A DNA stretch of 64,000 nt from Candidatus Saccharimonadota bacterium (GCA_017962365.1 JAGCVL010000006.1:769-64768), one strand, 5' to 3'; positions 35,107-44,827 are shown, counted from the first letter of the stretch. A program made the numbers and translations. Notes: generated by a model from the letters alone, not told the origin.

Positions 35107-36267
35107 TTATTTGGTGATGATTTCGCGAATGATGTTGCCGTCACTAAAATAATATAGCCATTTATTGTCCGTAATGGTGACTGGGAAGTCAGCGGCGACG
35201 CTACCTGAAAGTTCACGGCGATTTTGGCCATCAAAATCATAGACGATAAGTTTGCCGTCGTTGATAGCGTAGAGCATGCCACTAGTTAGCCAGTCGTAAT
35301 CAGTAGAATCAAGCGACCAGTTAATGATTTTTAAGATTTCCATATCTAAGACAGAAACGTTGGTGTCGGACTGCATAAAGACAAAACTTCCGCCGTTGCC
35401 AATTTTTAAGGTTTCGGGGACGAAGTCTAGCTTGGTGGAAATGATGAGCTCCGGAGAATCTTGGGATTTTTTATAAAGATTAAACAAGTCGTCCGTCAGT
35501 AACACGCTGTATGTTTCGTCGTAAAAATGGAAAATTTCTCCTGGAAGAACTGGCTCGTCCGCTGGCTTTTCTGGCTCTTTTATGAAGGAGATTTCTGAGT
35601 TACGCCAATTGATTTTGTAATGTTTGCTATTTATAGTGGCGGTAAGATTGTTGTTAATATCCCATTTTAAGGCCGGGAGAGAATTGGCAGTGATGGGTGA
35701 CTTAGCATCCGGATCGGTGGATTTTAAATTAAGAAGGTCTAGCTTGGTAGATTCTGGTCGGTCGGAATTTAGTTGTAGAATAGTATAACTAGTAGTATTG
35801 TCTCCGAGTAGCAAATAATTATGGTTGGGTGAGACTAGGGCGGTAGTAAAATCTGTGGCTTTATAGTAAATACTTTTTTCGCGCTCTAATAGAAAAAGAC
35901 GAGGATAATTGACGCGGTAAAGTAACCCCTCAGAAATATTGATGGTTTTTTCCCATGAATCGTAGCCGTCTTTTTTGAGGACAACATGGTGTTCGCCACT
36001 TGATAAGACTTTGCTTGTGTTGGTGCGTTGGAGCCAAGCGGTCTCACCATCGATTTCAATATCTGCGCCAGTGGGTACGGAATGAATTTGGAGCATGCCT
36101 TGACGTTCAACTTTGAAATCGGCGTTTAGCCAGTATCCGGAAGCAAGAAATGCCAAAATAATTACCGTAATGATGACGGTCAAAAACATAATAATTTCTG
36201 AAGTGATAACCCGTAGGCTTTGCCGGCGGGCGCGAGCTTCTTCATCCATAATTACATCATAACACAT
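35107..36267 (-). CDS. PEGA-domain membrane-anchored protein
   Basis: It has a TM helix followed by IHSVPTGADIEIDGE...HHVVLKKDGYDSWEKTINI (PEGA-like). Confidence 0.6.
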   Translation of the reverse strand: MCYDVIMDEEARARRQSLRVITSEIIMFLTVIITVIILAFLASGYWLNADFKVERQGMLQIHSVPTGADIEIDGETAWLQRTNTSKVLSSGEHHVVLKKDGYDSWEKTINISEGLLYRVNYPRLFLLEREKSIYYKATDFTTALVSPNHNYLLLGDNTTSYTILQLNSDRPESTKLDLLNLKSTDPDAKSPITANSLPALKWDINNNLTATINSKHYKINWRNSEISFIKEPEKPADEPVLPGEIFHFYDETYSVLLTDDLFNLYKKSQDSPELIISTKLDFVPETLKIGNGGSFVFMQSDTNVSVLDMEILKIINWSLDSTDYDWLTSGMLYAINDGKLIVYDFDGQNRRELSGSVAADFPVTITDNKWLYYFSDGNIIREIITK

Positions 36268-36338
36268 TTTATAAATATTACCAGTATTGTGCTTTTTAGC
36301 ATAGGCATATATAATATATATGTTATAAGTGAGGTAAT

Positions 36339-37034
36339 ATGTCCCAAGACGCGAAACAACATGGCGTGGTTATGCATCGAAAGGTTCAGCTTTCTGATGT
36401 GCGTTGGCGGGACGATGTGAGGCCTGTAAGACGAAACGAAGCAAAGCGTGTAATAGCTGACCCAGTAGTGGAGCCGATGACGGAAGATGAGCTAATGCAA
36501 GATATGATTAATGATGTGGCTAAAGGACGGCAGTCGTTAACGACGCAGAAGAAGATGCGGAAACATTCGCAAAAAGGTTTCGGAATAAAGAAGATAGCCT
36601 TGGCGTTTGTAGTGGCCGTGATTGTTATGATTGGTATCGTTCATTTGGTAAATATGAGTACACCGGATGTTTCACTAAAGATGACGGCGATGCAGAATGG
36701 GATTAATGCGATTTATCCAGAGTATACGCCACGGGGATATGCGTTATCTGATATTACTTCGGAAAATGGCAAGGTGACGCTAAATTTTAAGAATGCGGAA
36801 AATGGTGCCAGCTATTCATTAGTAGAAGAAAATGTAAATAATGCCAGGTTATTAAACGAATATGTGGATAGCGTGTTCGGTGAAGAATATGTAAAATTAG
36901 ATGAGCATGGAACAGTGGTCTATATCGGCGATGGTGGCGCGGCATGGATGAATGGTGGAGTTTTATTTAAACTAAAAATTACATCTGGGTCTTTGACGCG
37001 GAAACAGATTATGTCGATTGCGACAACGAAATAA
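36339..37034 (+). CDS. Hypothetical single-pass membrane protein (possibly a DUF4367-like C-terminus)
   Basis: It has a central TM helix (IALAFVVAVIVMIGIVHLV). The family call is weak. Confidence 0.45.
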   Translation: MSQDAKQHGVVMHRKVQLSDVRWRDDVRPVRRNEAKRVIADPVVEPMTEDELMQDMINDVAKGRQSLTTQKKMRKHSQKGFGIKKIALAFVVAVIVMIGIVHLVNMSTPDVSLKMTAMQNGINAIYPEYTPRGYALSDITSENGKVTLNFKNAENGASYSLVEENVNNARLLNEYVDSVFGEEYVKLDEHGTVVYIGDGGAAWMNGGVLFKLKITSGSLTRKQIMSIATTK

Positions 37035-37053
37035 TTGTGGTATAATTTTAGGC

Positions 37054-38493
37054 ATGAAAGCTGTTACTCGTTTTGCGCCGAGCCCGACCGGCTATATTCA
37101 CATCGGGAATGTTCGTTCTGCTATTTATCCATATTTGTTGGCGCGCCAGACTGGTGGGAAGATGATCCTTAGGATTGAAGATACCGACAGGGAGCGTTAT
37201 GTAGAGGGTGCAACCGAGCTGATTGAGGATACTTTGAAATGGTTGGGACTAGATTGGGATGAGGGACCAATTGTGGGCGGGCCAAATGAGCCGTATTTCC
37301 AAAGTGAAAGAAAAGATTTGTATCTTGAATGGGCGATGAAATTAATGGAGAGTGGTAGAGCGTATGCTGACCCGACGTTGCCAGAAAAAATTGACGAATA
37401 TCGTAAAGAATGTAGTGCCGCTAAGCGCCCGTTTCTTTATCGTAACTATCGACCGAAAGAGTTTGTGGATTGGGAGCCAGGGATGCCGATTCGGTTTTTG
37501 TCGGAGCCACGCGAGTACGAGTGGCATGACGAGGTGATGGGTGATATGCATACTGGACCAGAAGTGCTAGACGATATAATTTTGATTAAAAAAGATGGAT
37601 ATCCGACGTATAATTTTGCACATATTGTGGACGATGCCGAGATGGGCGTAACTCATGTGATGCGCGGGGTGGAATATTTGTCGTCGACGCCAAATTATTT
37701 GGCTTTGTATGAAGCTTTGGGATTGAATCGTCCAAAGCTGGTGTCTTTGCCGCATATTTTGGCTCCAACTGGAAATAAAAAACTAGGGAAGCGTGATGGG
37801 GCAAAGTCGGTGACCGAGTATCGCAATGATGGGGTGCTCGCTGAGGCGATGCTGAATTACTTAGTGGGTCTTGGCTGGAATGATGGTACGGAGCAGGAAA
37901 TTTACACAAAAGAAGAATTGGTTGAAAAATTTTCACTAGACAGGATTCAGACTTCTGGGGCACGTTATGATGAAACTAAATTATTGTGGTTAAATGGGCA
38001 GTGGATTCGGAGAATTTTTGACACTGAGGGCGCGCAGGTGTTATATGATCGCACGGTTAATTTCTGGCCAGAAGAAGCGGATGGATATACGGAAGAATAT
38101 CGGTTGAAGGTATTGTCGATTATCTACGATAGACTTAAGACTTTGTCTGATTTAAAAGAAATGACAAAATATTTCTTTGTTGATCCAGAGATTGATGTCG
38201 ATATGATTGTCGGAAATAAGTTTTTAAAGAAGATGTCGGAGGCTGAAATTGAAGATTTGATGAAGGTGGTGATTCATAAGCTGTCGGATGTAAAGGATTG
38301 GAATGCGGATGAGTTACAGAAAGTGTTGAACGAGCTATTAGTCGAGACTGAGAAGAAACCGGCAGAGCTATTTTCGTTGATTCGGATTGCGGTGTCATTT
38401 GCGGCATTTTCGCCGGCGCTTCATTTGACTTTGGAAGTGCTAGGCAAAGATGTGACGCTTGCGAGATTAAACGCGGTGGCGAGAGCGATATAG
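37054..38493 (+). CDS. gltX: Glutamyl-tRNA synthetase
   Basis: PSPTGYIHIGNVRSA (HIGH) and KLGKR (KMSKS-like) are present. The start was trimmed to MKAVTRFAPSPTG. Confidence 0.93.
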   Translation: MKAVTRFAPSPTGYIHIGNVRSAIYPYLLARQTGGKMILRIEDTDRERYVEGATELIEDTLKWLGLDWDEGPIVGGPNEPYFQSERKDLYLEWAMKLMESGRAYADPTLPEKIDEYRKECSAAKRPFLYRNYRPKEFVDWEPGMPIRFLSEPREYEWHDEVMGDMHTGPEVLDDIILIKKDGYPTYNFAHIVDDAEMGVTHVMRGVEYLSSTPNYLALYEALGLNRPKLVSLPHILAPTGNKKLGKRDGAKSVTEYRNDGVLAEAMLNYLVGLGWNDGTEQEIYTKEELVEKFSLDRIQTSGARYDETKLLWLNGQWIRRIFDTEGAQVLYDRTVNFWPEEADGYTEEYRLKVLSIIYDRLKTLSDLKEMTKYFFVDPEIDVDMIVGNKFLKKMSEAEIEDLMKVVIHKLSDVKDWNADELQKVLNELLVETEKKPAELFSLIRIAVSFAAFSPALHLTLEVLGKDVTLARLNAVARAI

Positions 38494-38628
38494 GGGGGGC
38501 GGGAGTAAGGATTTTGCAGAGCAAAATCCTTTCCTTTCTGCGTCATTCGGCGTAAGAATAATAAATTATTCTTACGCAATCATTTCCTTGAAAGGGCGAA
38601 CCCTATGGGTTCGCCTCCCGGTCAAAAA

Positions 38629-38675
38629 CAGAATTAAAAAAAAACGAATCCTTCGGATTCCTTTTTTTAATTCTG
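38629..38675. terminator. Long AT-flanked bidirectional hairpin (cagaattaaaaaaaaacgaatcc...ggattcctttttttaattctg)
   Basis: Read directly. The right arm abuts or overlaps the tRNA-Glu 3' end. Confidence 0.7.
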
Positions 38676-38750
38676 GTGATTCCGGCGGGAGTCGAACCCG
38701 CGATTTTCTGGATGAGAACCAGACGTCCTAGACCACTAGACGACGGAACC
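38674..38750 (-). tRNA. tRNA-Glu (anticodon CUC), CCA encoded
   Basis: Acceptor GGTTCCG/CGGAATC, anticodon stem TCTGG/CCAGA, loop TTCTCAT, T-loop TTCGACT. Confidence 0.88.
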
Positions 38751-38789
38751 GTGACGACAGTCTACCTTACCATTATAGCACAAAATCTC

Positions 38790-39950
38790 TTAAAAATCAA
38801 TACTTCCGTAATTTGGTACTGCTTCTACGAAAGTTTGACCTGGGGCTAGTGCAATTTCGACGCCGGACTCATCGTAAAATTTGATTTGGTCAGCGACGGT
38901 GTTTTTCTCCCAGCGTCCTTTGATGGCGTAACCATTTTGGAATACATAAGCCTCGCCTGATCCTAGCGTTGTAATATCTTCATGGTAGTTGTCCCAGGCT
39001 TTTTTCTCAGATACTACCATTGCGACTACTACGGTAGGTGAAAGTTGTTTCAATGTGCAGGCGCTTTCTGGGTTTACTTCGCCGAGGTTGGAATCTGGGC
39101 AAGTATATATTTCGTGAGCCATGCCATTTTGGTAGCTTCTGAGATATGAATTGGTGGTTAAGTCATACTTGTAGTTTACATTGAAGCTAGCGATACCACC
39201 AAAATGGACTGAGATATCCGTCACTTTTGGCGTTAATGTTGAGGTGTCGGAGTCGGCTGCTTCGACAATCGATAACTTGGTGGCGATATTTTGATCGACT
39301 AGGTCTTGTTTTGACTCTTTTGGTGTCATCCTGGTGAAGCCGTGAACTTCTGAACCGCCGTAGCCGCGGTCTGTGTTCATGGTTGAAAGAAGTGTGGAGG
39401 TTGTGAAAAGATTATTCCACAAGCGGTTGCCGGCTGACCCACGATACATGTAGGTGTAATTTTCGGTCAAATCTTTGTAACCGCCGTTTCGTACTGCCGC
39501 TAAGGCGTCGTCTGCGCCGCCGGCATGCACGATTGTGCAGTCAAATGGGGTGTCCCACTGTAAATAATACAGACGGAGTGAGCGAATTGGGCCAATTACT
39601 GCACTAGTGGGCGCCTGGTAAATTGCCGCAAATCTTGTGATGCCGGCTTCGGCGATGGCTTCAAATACGACGCCGGCTTGGTCTAGGCCGGCTTGTGGGC
39701 GGGCGCCATCCATGCCATTTGGTGTCTGTATGCAATAAGTCGGGGCGGTTTTTTGGTCGGCGGAGATTTTGAGGCCGGTCAAATCGCTGTATGTTGAGGT
39801 ATCGGTAGAGGTGGATGGTATTTGTGGGAAGGTGAGCCCCAAGACTTCTGGCTCAGGTTGTAATAATGCTACGATTAGGCAGACAATTCCACCTAGTAGG
39901 CTTACTACGCCGACGATTGTTAATATTAGCCATTTTTTACTCTTTTCCAT
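38790..39950 (-). CDS. DUF3048 (YerB-like) secreted or membrane-anchored protein
   Basis: It has a signal anchor. GARPQAGLDQAGVVFEAIAEAGITRFAAIY and IGPIRSLRLYY resemble DUF3048. Confidence 0.6.
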   Translation of the reverse strand: MEKSKKWLILTIVGVVSLLGGIVCLIVALLQPEPEVLGLTFPQIPSTSTDTSTYSDLTGLKISADQKTAPTYCIQTPNGMDGARPQAGLDQAGVVFEAIAEAGITRFAAIYQAPTSAVIGPIRSLRLYYLQWDTPFDCTIVHAGGADDALAAVRNGGYKDLTENYTYMYRGSAGNRLWNNLFTTSTLLSTMNTDRGYGGSEVHGFTRMTPKESKQDLVDQNIATKLSIVEAADSDTSTLTPKVTDISVHFGGIASFNVNYKYDLTTNSYLRSYQNGMAHEIYTCPDSNLGEVNPESACTLKQLSPTVVVAMVVSEKKAWDNYHEDITTLGSGEAYVFQNGYAIKGRWEKNTVADQIKFYDESGVEIALAPGQTFVEAVPNYGSIDF

Positions 39951-40021
39951 ATTTTTCCCGCAAATTAATAGTTCTTATTTTTATTTTAGCATAAAAATAA
40001 AAGTTGTGTTATAATAAGCTT

Positions 40022-40960
40022 ATGGTCAAGAAAAAAATGCTGAAGGCGGTAATACTTAACAGTCTCGCAGTGGTTTTCTTGTTGCCTGCAATACATGGTG
40101 ATGGCGTCGTTTATGGCGTGTCTAGTGGTATAACTCGTCTAGATGGTACTTCTTTTAATGTTGATATAAGAGAATTTTTATCGGTGAATGTTTTGACGCC
40201 AGAGACATGGGCGAGTGGTACAATTAATGAGTTTCTCACGAACAAAGTGGGATTTAGCGTTCTTACCAATAATCCTGCCGGGTTTATTGCCACGATGCAG
40301 TCTTCTGCTATGTTGCCAAATCTGGTAAATCTGACGGACAGTACATATGTCATGCCTACGATTGCGACCGCGTCTGTCACCATAGATGATGCTACTGATA
40401 GTGGAGATGATTTTCCAGCAAATCGGTGGGGATACGGCATAGTAAATGGTAATGCCGCTGCGCCATTAACTTACTATCCGATGGTAGGCAGCAATGATTA
40501 TCCGATAGAAATTGCAAGCTCAAATGTTGCCACAAATGAAATTACTAAAGATATCTATTTTTCTGCTAAGGCTGATGGTACGGTGGCGTCCGGCACTTAT
40601 GCAAATAGTGTGATTATTAGTGTTGTGTCTGGGGTTGCTCCTGATCCGATTGATGATCCGATCGACGAGCCGATTATTGATCCAGGCGAACCGATTATCC
40701 CTGGGCCTGGGCCTGATATACCTATTGTTATGAGCGTCAACCCTCAGCCGGGCTTGATGTCGGTCACGACTTCGTCGTCATATGCAAAACCGGCTGGCGT
40801 AAATGATACTACTATATCTAATGTCAATGAGGGGGTGCCACTTGCTGCTGGGATAGCTGTGGCAGCGGGTGTTTCCGCTGCGGCAGGTGTGATATTCTTT
40901 GTTATTGCCAAACGTCGTCGCAAAGATGAAGACGATGATGATGGTACGGAAGATTATTAG
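40022..40960 (+). CDS. Surface protein with a C-terminal membrane anchor and a charged tail; its N-terminal domain is related to that of 28950-30653
   Basis: It has a signal peptide and a proline-rich stalk (PDPIDDPIDEPIIDPGEPIIPGPGPDIP). The C-terminus is GVPLAAGIAVAAGVSAAAGVIFFVIAKRRRKDEDDDD. Confidence 0.55.
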   Translation: MVKKKMLKAVILNSLAVVFLLPAIHGDGVVYGVSSGITRLDGTSFNVDIREFLSVNVLTPETWASGTINEFLTNKVGFSVLTNNPAGFIATMQSSAMLPNLVNLTDSTYVMPTIATASVTIDDATDSGDDFPANRWGYGIVNGNAAAPLTYYPMVGSNDYPIEIASSNVATNEITKDIYFSAKADGTVASGTYANSVIISVVSGVAPDPIDDPIDEPIIDPGEPIIPGPGPDIPIVMSVNPQPGLMSVTTSSSYAKPAGVNDTTISNVNEGVPLAAGIAVAAGVSAAAGVIFFVIAKRRRKDEDDDDGTEDY

Positions 40961-41022
40961 GTAATAGGTCTGAGCTACGATACCTTTTTGGCATTTTCTT
41001 GAAAATATGGTATAATTAAGAT

Positions 41023-42447
41023 ATGAAAAAATTACCAATAGTAGCATTGATTGGCCAGACGAATGCGGGGAAATCTTCGCTTCTTAATCGGATGGCGCGG
41101 AAAAATATTGCGATTGTAGCGAGGGAAGAGGGTACGACGCGCGATAACGTGATGGCGACGATCGATGATGCTTTTATTTTGGTAGATACGGCTGGTCTTA
41201 AAGACCCAACGGATGATTTTGAGGCGTCGATTCAGGATCAGATTCAGGATGCGATAGAAGCGGCGGATGTGATATTGGTGGCACTAGATTCTACGAAGTA
41301 TTTCGATCATCGTGATAAGAAAATTACAAAAGATGCTTTGAAATCTGGGAAACCAGTGTTTTTGGTTCTTAATAAATGTGATCTCGGCGAGTCGTTGCCG
41401 ATTGAGGAGTTTAGGGCTCTTGGTATAGCGCCAGAAAATATTTTTTATACTTCGGCAACAACGGGTGTCGGGATTAAGGAACTCAAAGCTGGGGTTCTGG
41501 CAGATATTTCTCGCTCGGGGGCGCGTCCGGCCGGCCCGTCGCCACGGGCGGCCGGCGCTAATACTCGCGCTGCCGCGCTCCGTACCCCCCTTCGCCAAGA
41601 AATATCTACCACTCCCGCTCTGAAGATTGCTTTGATTGGGCGGCCGAATGTGGGGAAGTCGTCATTATTTAATACGCTTGGCAAAAAGCAGCAGGCGATT
41701 GTGTCGAGTCGGCAAGGTACGACGCGGGATGTCAATCGGGTGACGGTGAAATATAAAGGTCGGGAGATTGAGATTTTGGATACAGCTGGACTTCGGAAAC
41801 CAGGCAAACGTGAGGTGGGGATTGAAAAGTTTTCAGCAATACGGACACTTGCGGCGATTGAGGAAGCGGATATTTGTTGCCTTTTGGTGGATTCGACCGA
41901 GCCACATTCGAAACTTGACCAGTCGCTCGCGGGACAAATTGTGGAAGCCGGGAAGGGAATTATGATGATTGTGACGAAGGCGGATTTACTTGAAAATGCC
42001 GAACCGACGAATTTTTATGGTGAAGAGAATATTGGCAATCGGACGGCGGCGGATTTCTTGCTAGACGCCCTCGAAAAGGATTATGATTTCTTGCCGTATG
42101 CGCCAGTGATACTTACAAGCTCGGAGACCGGGATGAATGCGACAAGGATTTTTGAAATGGCGCTTGAGATTGACGCGGCGCGGCATATGGAAGTAAAGAC
42201 TTCGGAGCTAAATAAGATTTTGAATGATGCGATTGTTGCTCACGCGCCGGCAGGTCTAAAAGATACTCGTCCGAAGCCGAAATATATCGTGCAGACCGAT
42301 ACTTGTCCACCGTGGTTTGTGGTGCATGGACACGAACTTGGGCTTCTTCACTGGTCGTGGAAGCGGTATTTGGAGCGAAAAATTCGGGAAAAGTACCCAT
42401 TTATTGGTACGCCAATCATGTTTTCATACCGTTCAGATGATAAATAG
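41023..42447 (+). CDS. der: Ribosome-associated GTPase Der/EngA with a GC-rich insertion in the inter-G-domain linker
   Basis: It has two G domains (GQTNAGKSS / DTAG; GRPNVGKSS / DTAG) and a KH-like C-terminus. Confidence 0.92.
   Translation: MKKLPIVALIGQTNAGKSSLLNRMARKNIAIVAREEGTTRDNVMATIDDAFILVDTAGLKDPTDDFEASIQDQIQDAIEAADVILVALDSTKYFDHRDKKITKDALKSGKPVFLVLNKCDLGESLPIEEFRALGIAPENIFYTSATTGVGIKELKAGVLADISRSGARPAGPSPRAAGANTRAAALRTPLRQEISTTPALKIALIGRPNVGKSSLFNTLGKKQQAIVSSRQGTTRDVNRVTVKYKGREIEILDTAGLRKPGKREVGIEKFSAIRTLAAIEEADICCLLVDSTEPHSKLDQSLAGQIVEAGKGIMMIVTKADLLENAEPTNFYGEENIGNRTAADFLLDALEKDYDFLPYAPVILTSSETGMNATRIFEMALEIDAARHMEVKTSELNKILNDAIVAHAPAGLKDTRPKPKYIVQTDTCPPWFVVHGHELGLLHWSWKRYLERKIREKYPFIGTPIMFSYRSDDK
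41498..41611. repeat. GC-rich palindromic insertion element, in frame within der (best-preserved copy)
   Basis: Inverted arms tggcagatatttct (41498-41511) / agaaatatctacca (41598-41611). The 87-nt core is about 80% G+C by hand count. Internal hairpins are ccggccggcccgt-cgcc-acgggcggccgg and gcgc-taatactc-gcgc. Confidence 0.85.
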
Positions 42448-42545
42448 TGTGATATAATTAGATTAAGTGGGAGCTTCAGGAGGTGAAAAAGGTTTTTAAG
42501 CTCTCATTTTTGTAATTTAAGTACTTTAAAAAGGAGTTGGTCAAA

Positions 42546-44177
42546 ATGTTAGATCTGAACAGGAATTTTTTCGTGATTGATACGAATGTCCTAGTGTCTT
42601 ATCCTGACATAATCCCTAATGGGGGTGGTGAGACGAAGATTTTCGACAATCCGATAGTGGACATGACGGATGCGCATATTGTGATTCCGTCGGCCGTAGT
42701 AAGAGAACTTTCAAGTTTCAAGAAAGAAAAATCTGAGCGCGGCGAAGTGGCCAGAGTGCTACTTCGGCGACTGAGAAGACTTGTGGAAAATAAGATTCAC
42801 GGCATGGATGAAAACTATCATCTGGAATCTCCAGTGGAATTGTCGGATGGTAGACTGATGTCGATTTTGCCGGTACACGCGGATTTTAAAAAGCGATTTC
42901 CTTTCCGTCCATCCGAGGACGATATGGATGGGCAGATTATCCTAGCAACGCTCACGACGATGTATTTGGTGGAGAACCTCGAGTCGGGGTTTGATGGCAA
43001 ACATGAGTCGATTGATCTTGCTGATTCATCTTCTCGGCTGGGCGTGACTTCGGATAAAGTTACATTACTTACTAATGACAATGGACTTGCTATCAGGGCC
43101 AGAGCGCGAGGGATTAAAACTTCGCGGTATGGCTATAGCATACCGGATCCGTATACTGGTCGACGAGAAGTCGTAGTGCCAAACGAGATTTTTAACGAGT
43201 TTTGGAAAGAACGGCGACTGGATCGTGATTTATGGGAAGCCTATTTTCCGGACGAAGCACCATTGGTGGCAAATGAGTTTATCTCGATGAAGCCCGAAGA
43301 TATGAAGAGTATCACTTTGCCCGAGGATTATGTTAGGGGAAATGATGAGTTTTTCTGTCATATCGGACGCTATGATCAGAGAGAAGATGCAATTATGGGG
43401 TTAAGGTATATCCAGGATGCTCCATATGCAATTCGCAGCGAAGGTCAAGCTATGTATACGGAGGCATTACTGAATCCTGATATCGCGGTGGTTATCTGCA
43501 CCGGGCCGGCTGGTTCCGGTAAGACTTATCTTCCGACGATATATGGACTTCAGGCCTGCGCACGGAAGATTTATATCGATGTCGTGGTGGTGCCTTGCTC
43601 GAACACTGGGAATCGCGGAGCTTTGCCGGGTGGCCTGAACGAGAAGATGATCCTGGATACTGGACCTATCAGGAACGCAATCCGGAATTATCTATTGAAA
43701 GAGACCGCGCATTTCAGAAATAAGCGCGAGAAGCAGATTGATTATTTCGCATATGCTACGGTCGATGATCTCATGAAAGACGTCGGTGACGACGAGGATG
43801 AATATGAGCATCCGATAGATGCCAAGGTGAATGCTATTTGGGCAAAGTATTTCCGGAATATCCCGGTAGAGAGTGCGCGCGGACTGGATTTTTCGGCCGA
43901 GTTGATTCTCTATGATGAATTCCAGGATCAGAGCCCCTCCCAAGCCGATATGCTGGTGAAGCGAATTGGCGAGTGGGGCAAAGTAGTCATCACTGGCGAT
44001 ATCAAGCAAATTCATGCTCCATACGTGGATGAGTATAACAACGGCATTACGTATGCGACCAGTCTGCTCTACGATTTTCCGATGGTGGCAAGGGTGTCTC
44101 TGCTCAAGGACGAGGTCGAACGACATCCTCTGGTAAAGATGATTGCAGAACGTCAGGCTAAACAGAAAGCGTTCTAA
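42546..44177 (+). CDS. PIN-domain/PhoH-like ATPase fusion (PhoH2/YlaK type)
   Basis: It has an N-terminal PIN-like motif (FVIDTNVLV), Walker A GPAGSGKTY and a PhoH C-terminal region. The ATG at 42546 follows an AAAGGAG SD. Confidence 0.8.
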   Translation: MLDLNRNFFVIDTNVLVSYPDIIPNGGGETKIFDNPIVDMTDAHIVIPSAVVRELSSFKKEKSERGEVARVLLRRLRRLVENKIHGMDENYHLESPVELSDGRLMSILPVHADFKKRFPFRPSEDDMDGQIILATLTTMYLVENLESGFDGKHESIDLADSSSRLGVTSDKVTLLTNDNGLAIRARARGIKTSRYGYSIPDPYTGRREVVVPNEIFNEFWKERRLDRDLWEAYFPDEAPLVANEFISMKPEDMKSITLPEDYVRGNDEFFCHIGRYDQREDAIMGLRYIQDAPYAIRSEGQAMYTEALLNPDIAVVICTGPAGSGKTYLPTIYGLQACARKIYIDVVVVPCSNTGNRGALPGGLNEKMILDTGPIRNAIRNYLLKETAHFRNKREKQIDYFAYATVDDLMKDVGDDEDEYEHPIDAKVNAIWAKYFRNIPVESARGLDFSAELILYDEFQDQSPSQADMLVKRIGEWGKVVITGDIKQIHAPYVDEYNNGITYATSLLYDFPMVARVSLLKDEVERHPLVKMIAERQAKQKAF

Positions 44178-44239
44178 TCCATTTTGACTCCTATCCCCCG
44201 TTTCTTAAAAGCGGGGGATTTTTATGGTATAATTTAGAT

Positions 44240-44755
44240 ATGAAACTAGTAGTAGGGCTTGGGAATCCAGGGGTGCGGTATAATTTTACGCGGCACAATA
44301 TAGGGTTTTTGGCGCTTGATTTTTACGCGAAGAAGCATGGTCTGGAGTGGAAAAATGAGTTGTCAGCTCTGGCGTGTCGGGAGGGCGATACGTGGTTTGT
44401 AAAGCCGCAGGATTATTATAATATGAGCGGAAAAGCGGTGGCGGAGTTTATGCGGTATTATAAAATTGCGGCGGCGGATGTTTTAGTGATTTGTGATAAT
44501 TTTGATCTTGAGTTTGGGGTTTTGAGATTCCGGTCGAAGGGTTCGGCTGGTGGGAATAATGGACTAAAATCGGTAGATGCGGCGCTCGGGACTTCGGATT
44601 ATCCGAGGCTTCGGATTGGGACGGGGAACAACGAACTGAAGACGAAGCTCGGGGCGGTGGATTTTGTATTATCGCGGTTCACAGATGAAGAGAAGGCTAA
44701 ATTGCCGGAGATTTTGGGTGCGGTAGAGGGGGAGATTGAGAAGTTTGTGCGGTGA
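44240..44755 (+). CDS. pth: Peptidyl-tRNA hydrolase
   Basis: VGLGNPG..Y..TRHNIGF and GGNNGLKS motifs are present. Confidence 0.93.
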   Translation: MKLVVGLGNPGVRYNFTRHNIGFLALDFYAKKHGLEWKNELSALACREGDTWFVKPQDYYNMSGKAVAEFMRYYKIAAADVLVICDNFDLEFGVLRFRSKGSAGGNNGLKSVDAALGTSDYPRLRIGTGNNELKTKLGAVDFVLSRFTDEEKAKLPEILGAVEGEIEKFVR

Positions 44756-44790
44756 AGCGACGCTGAGGTCTATTTTTTGATGTCAAAAAA

Positions 44791-44827
44791 GCCTCAGGTA
44801 AGGGTGGGCATCACCTGAGGCTATTTT
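44791..44827 (+). terminator. pth terminator (gcctcaggt-N13-acctgaggc + TATTTT)
   Basis: Read directly. The left arm can alternatively pair with ctgagg at 44763-44768. Confidence 0.7.
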
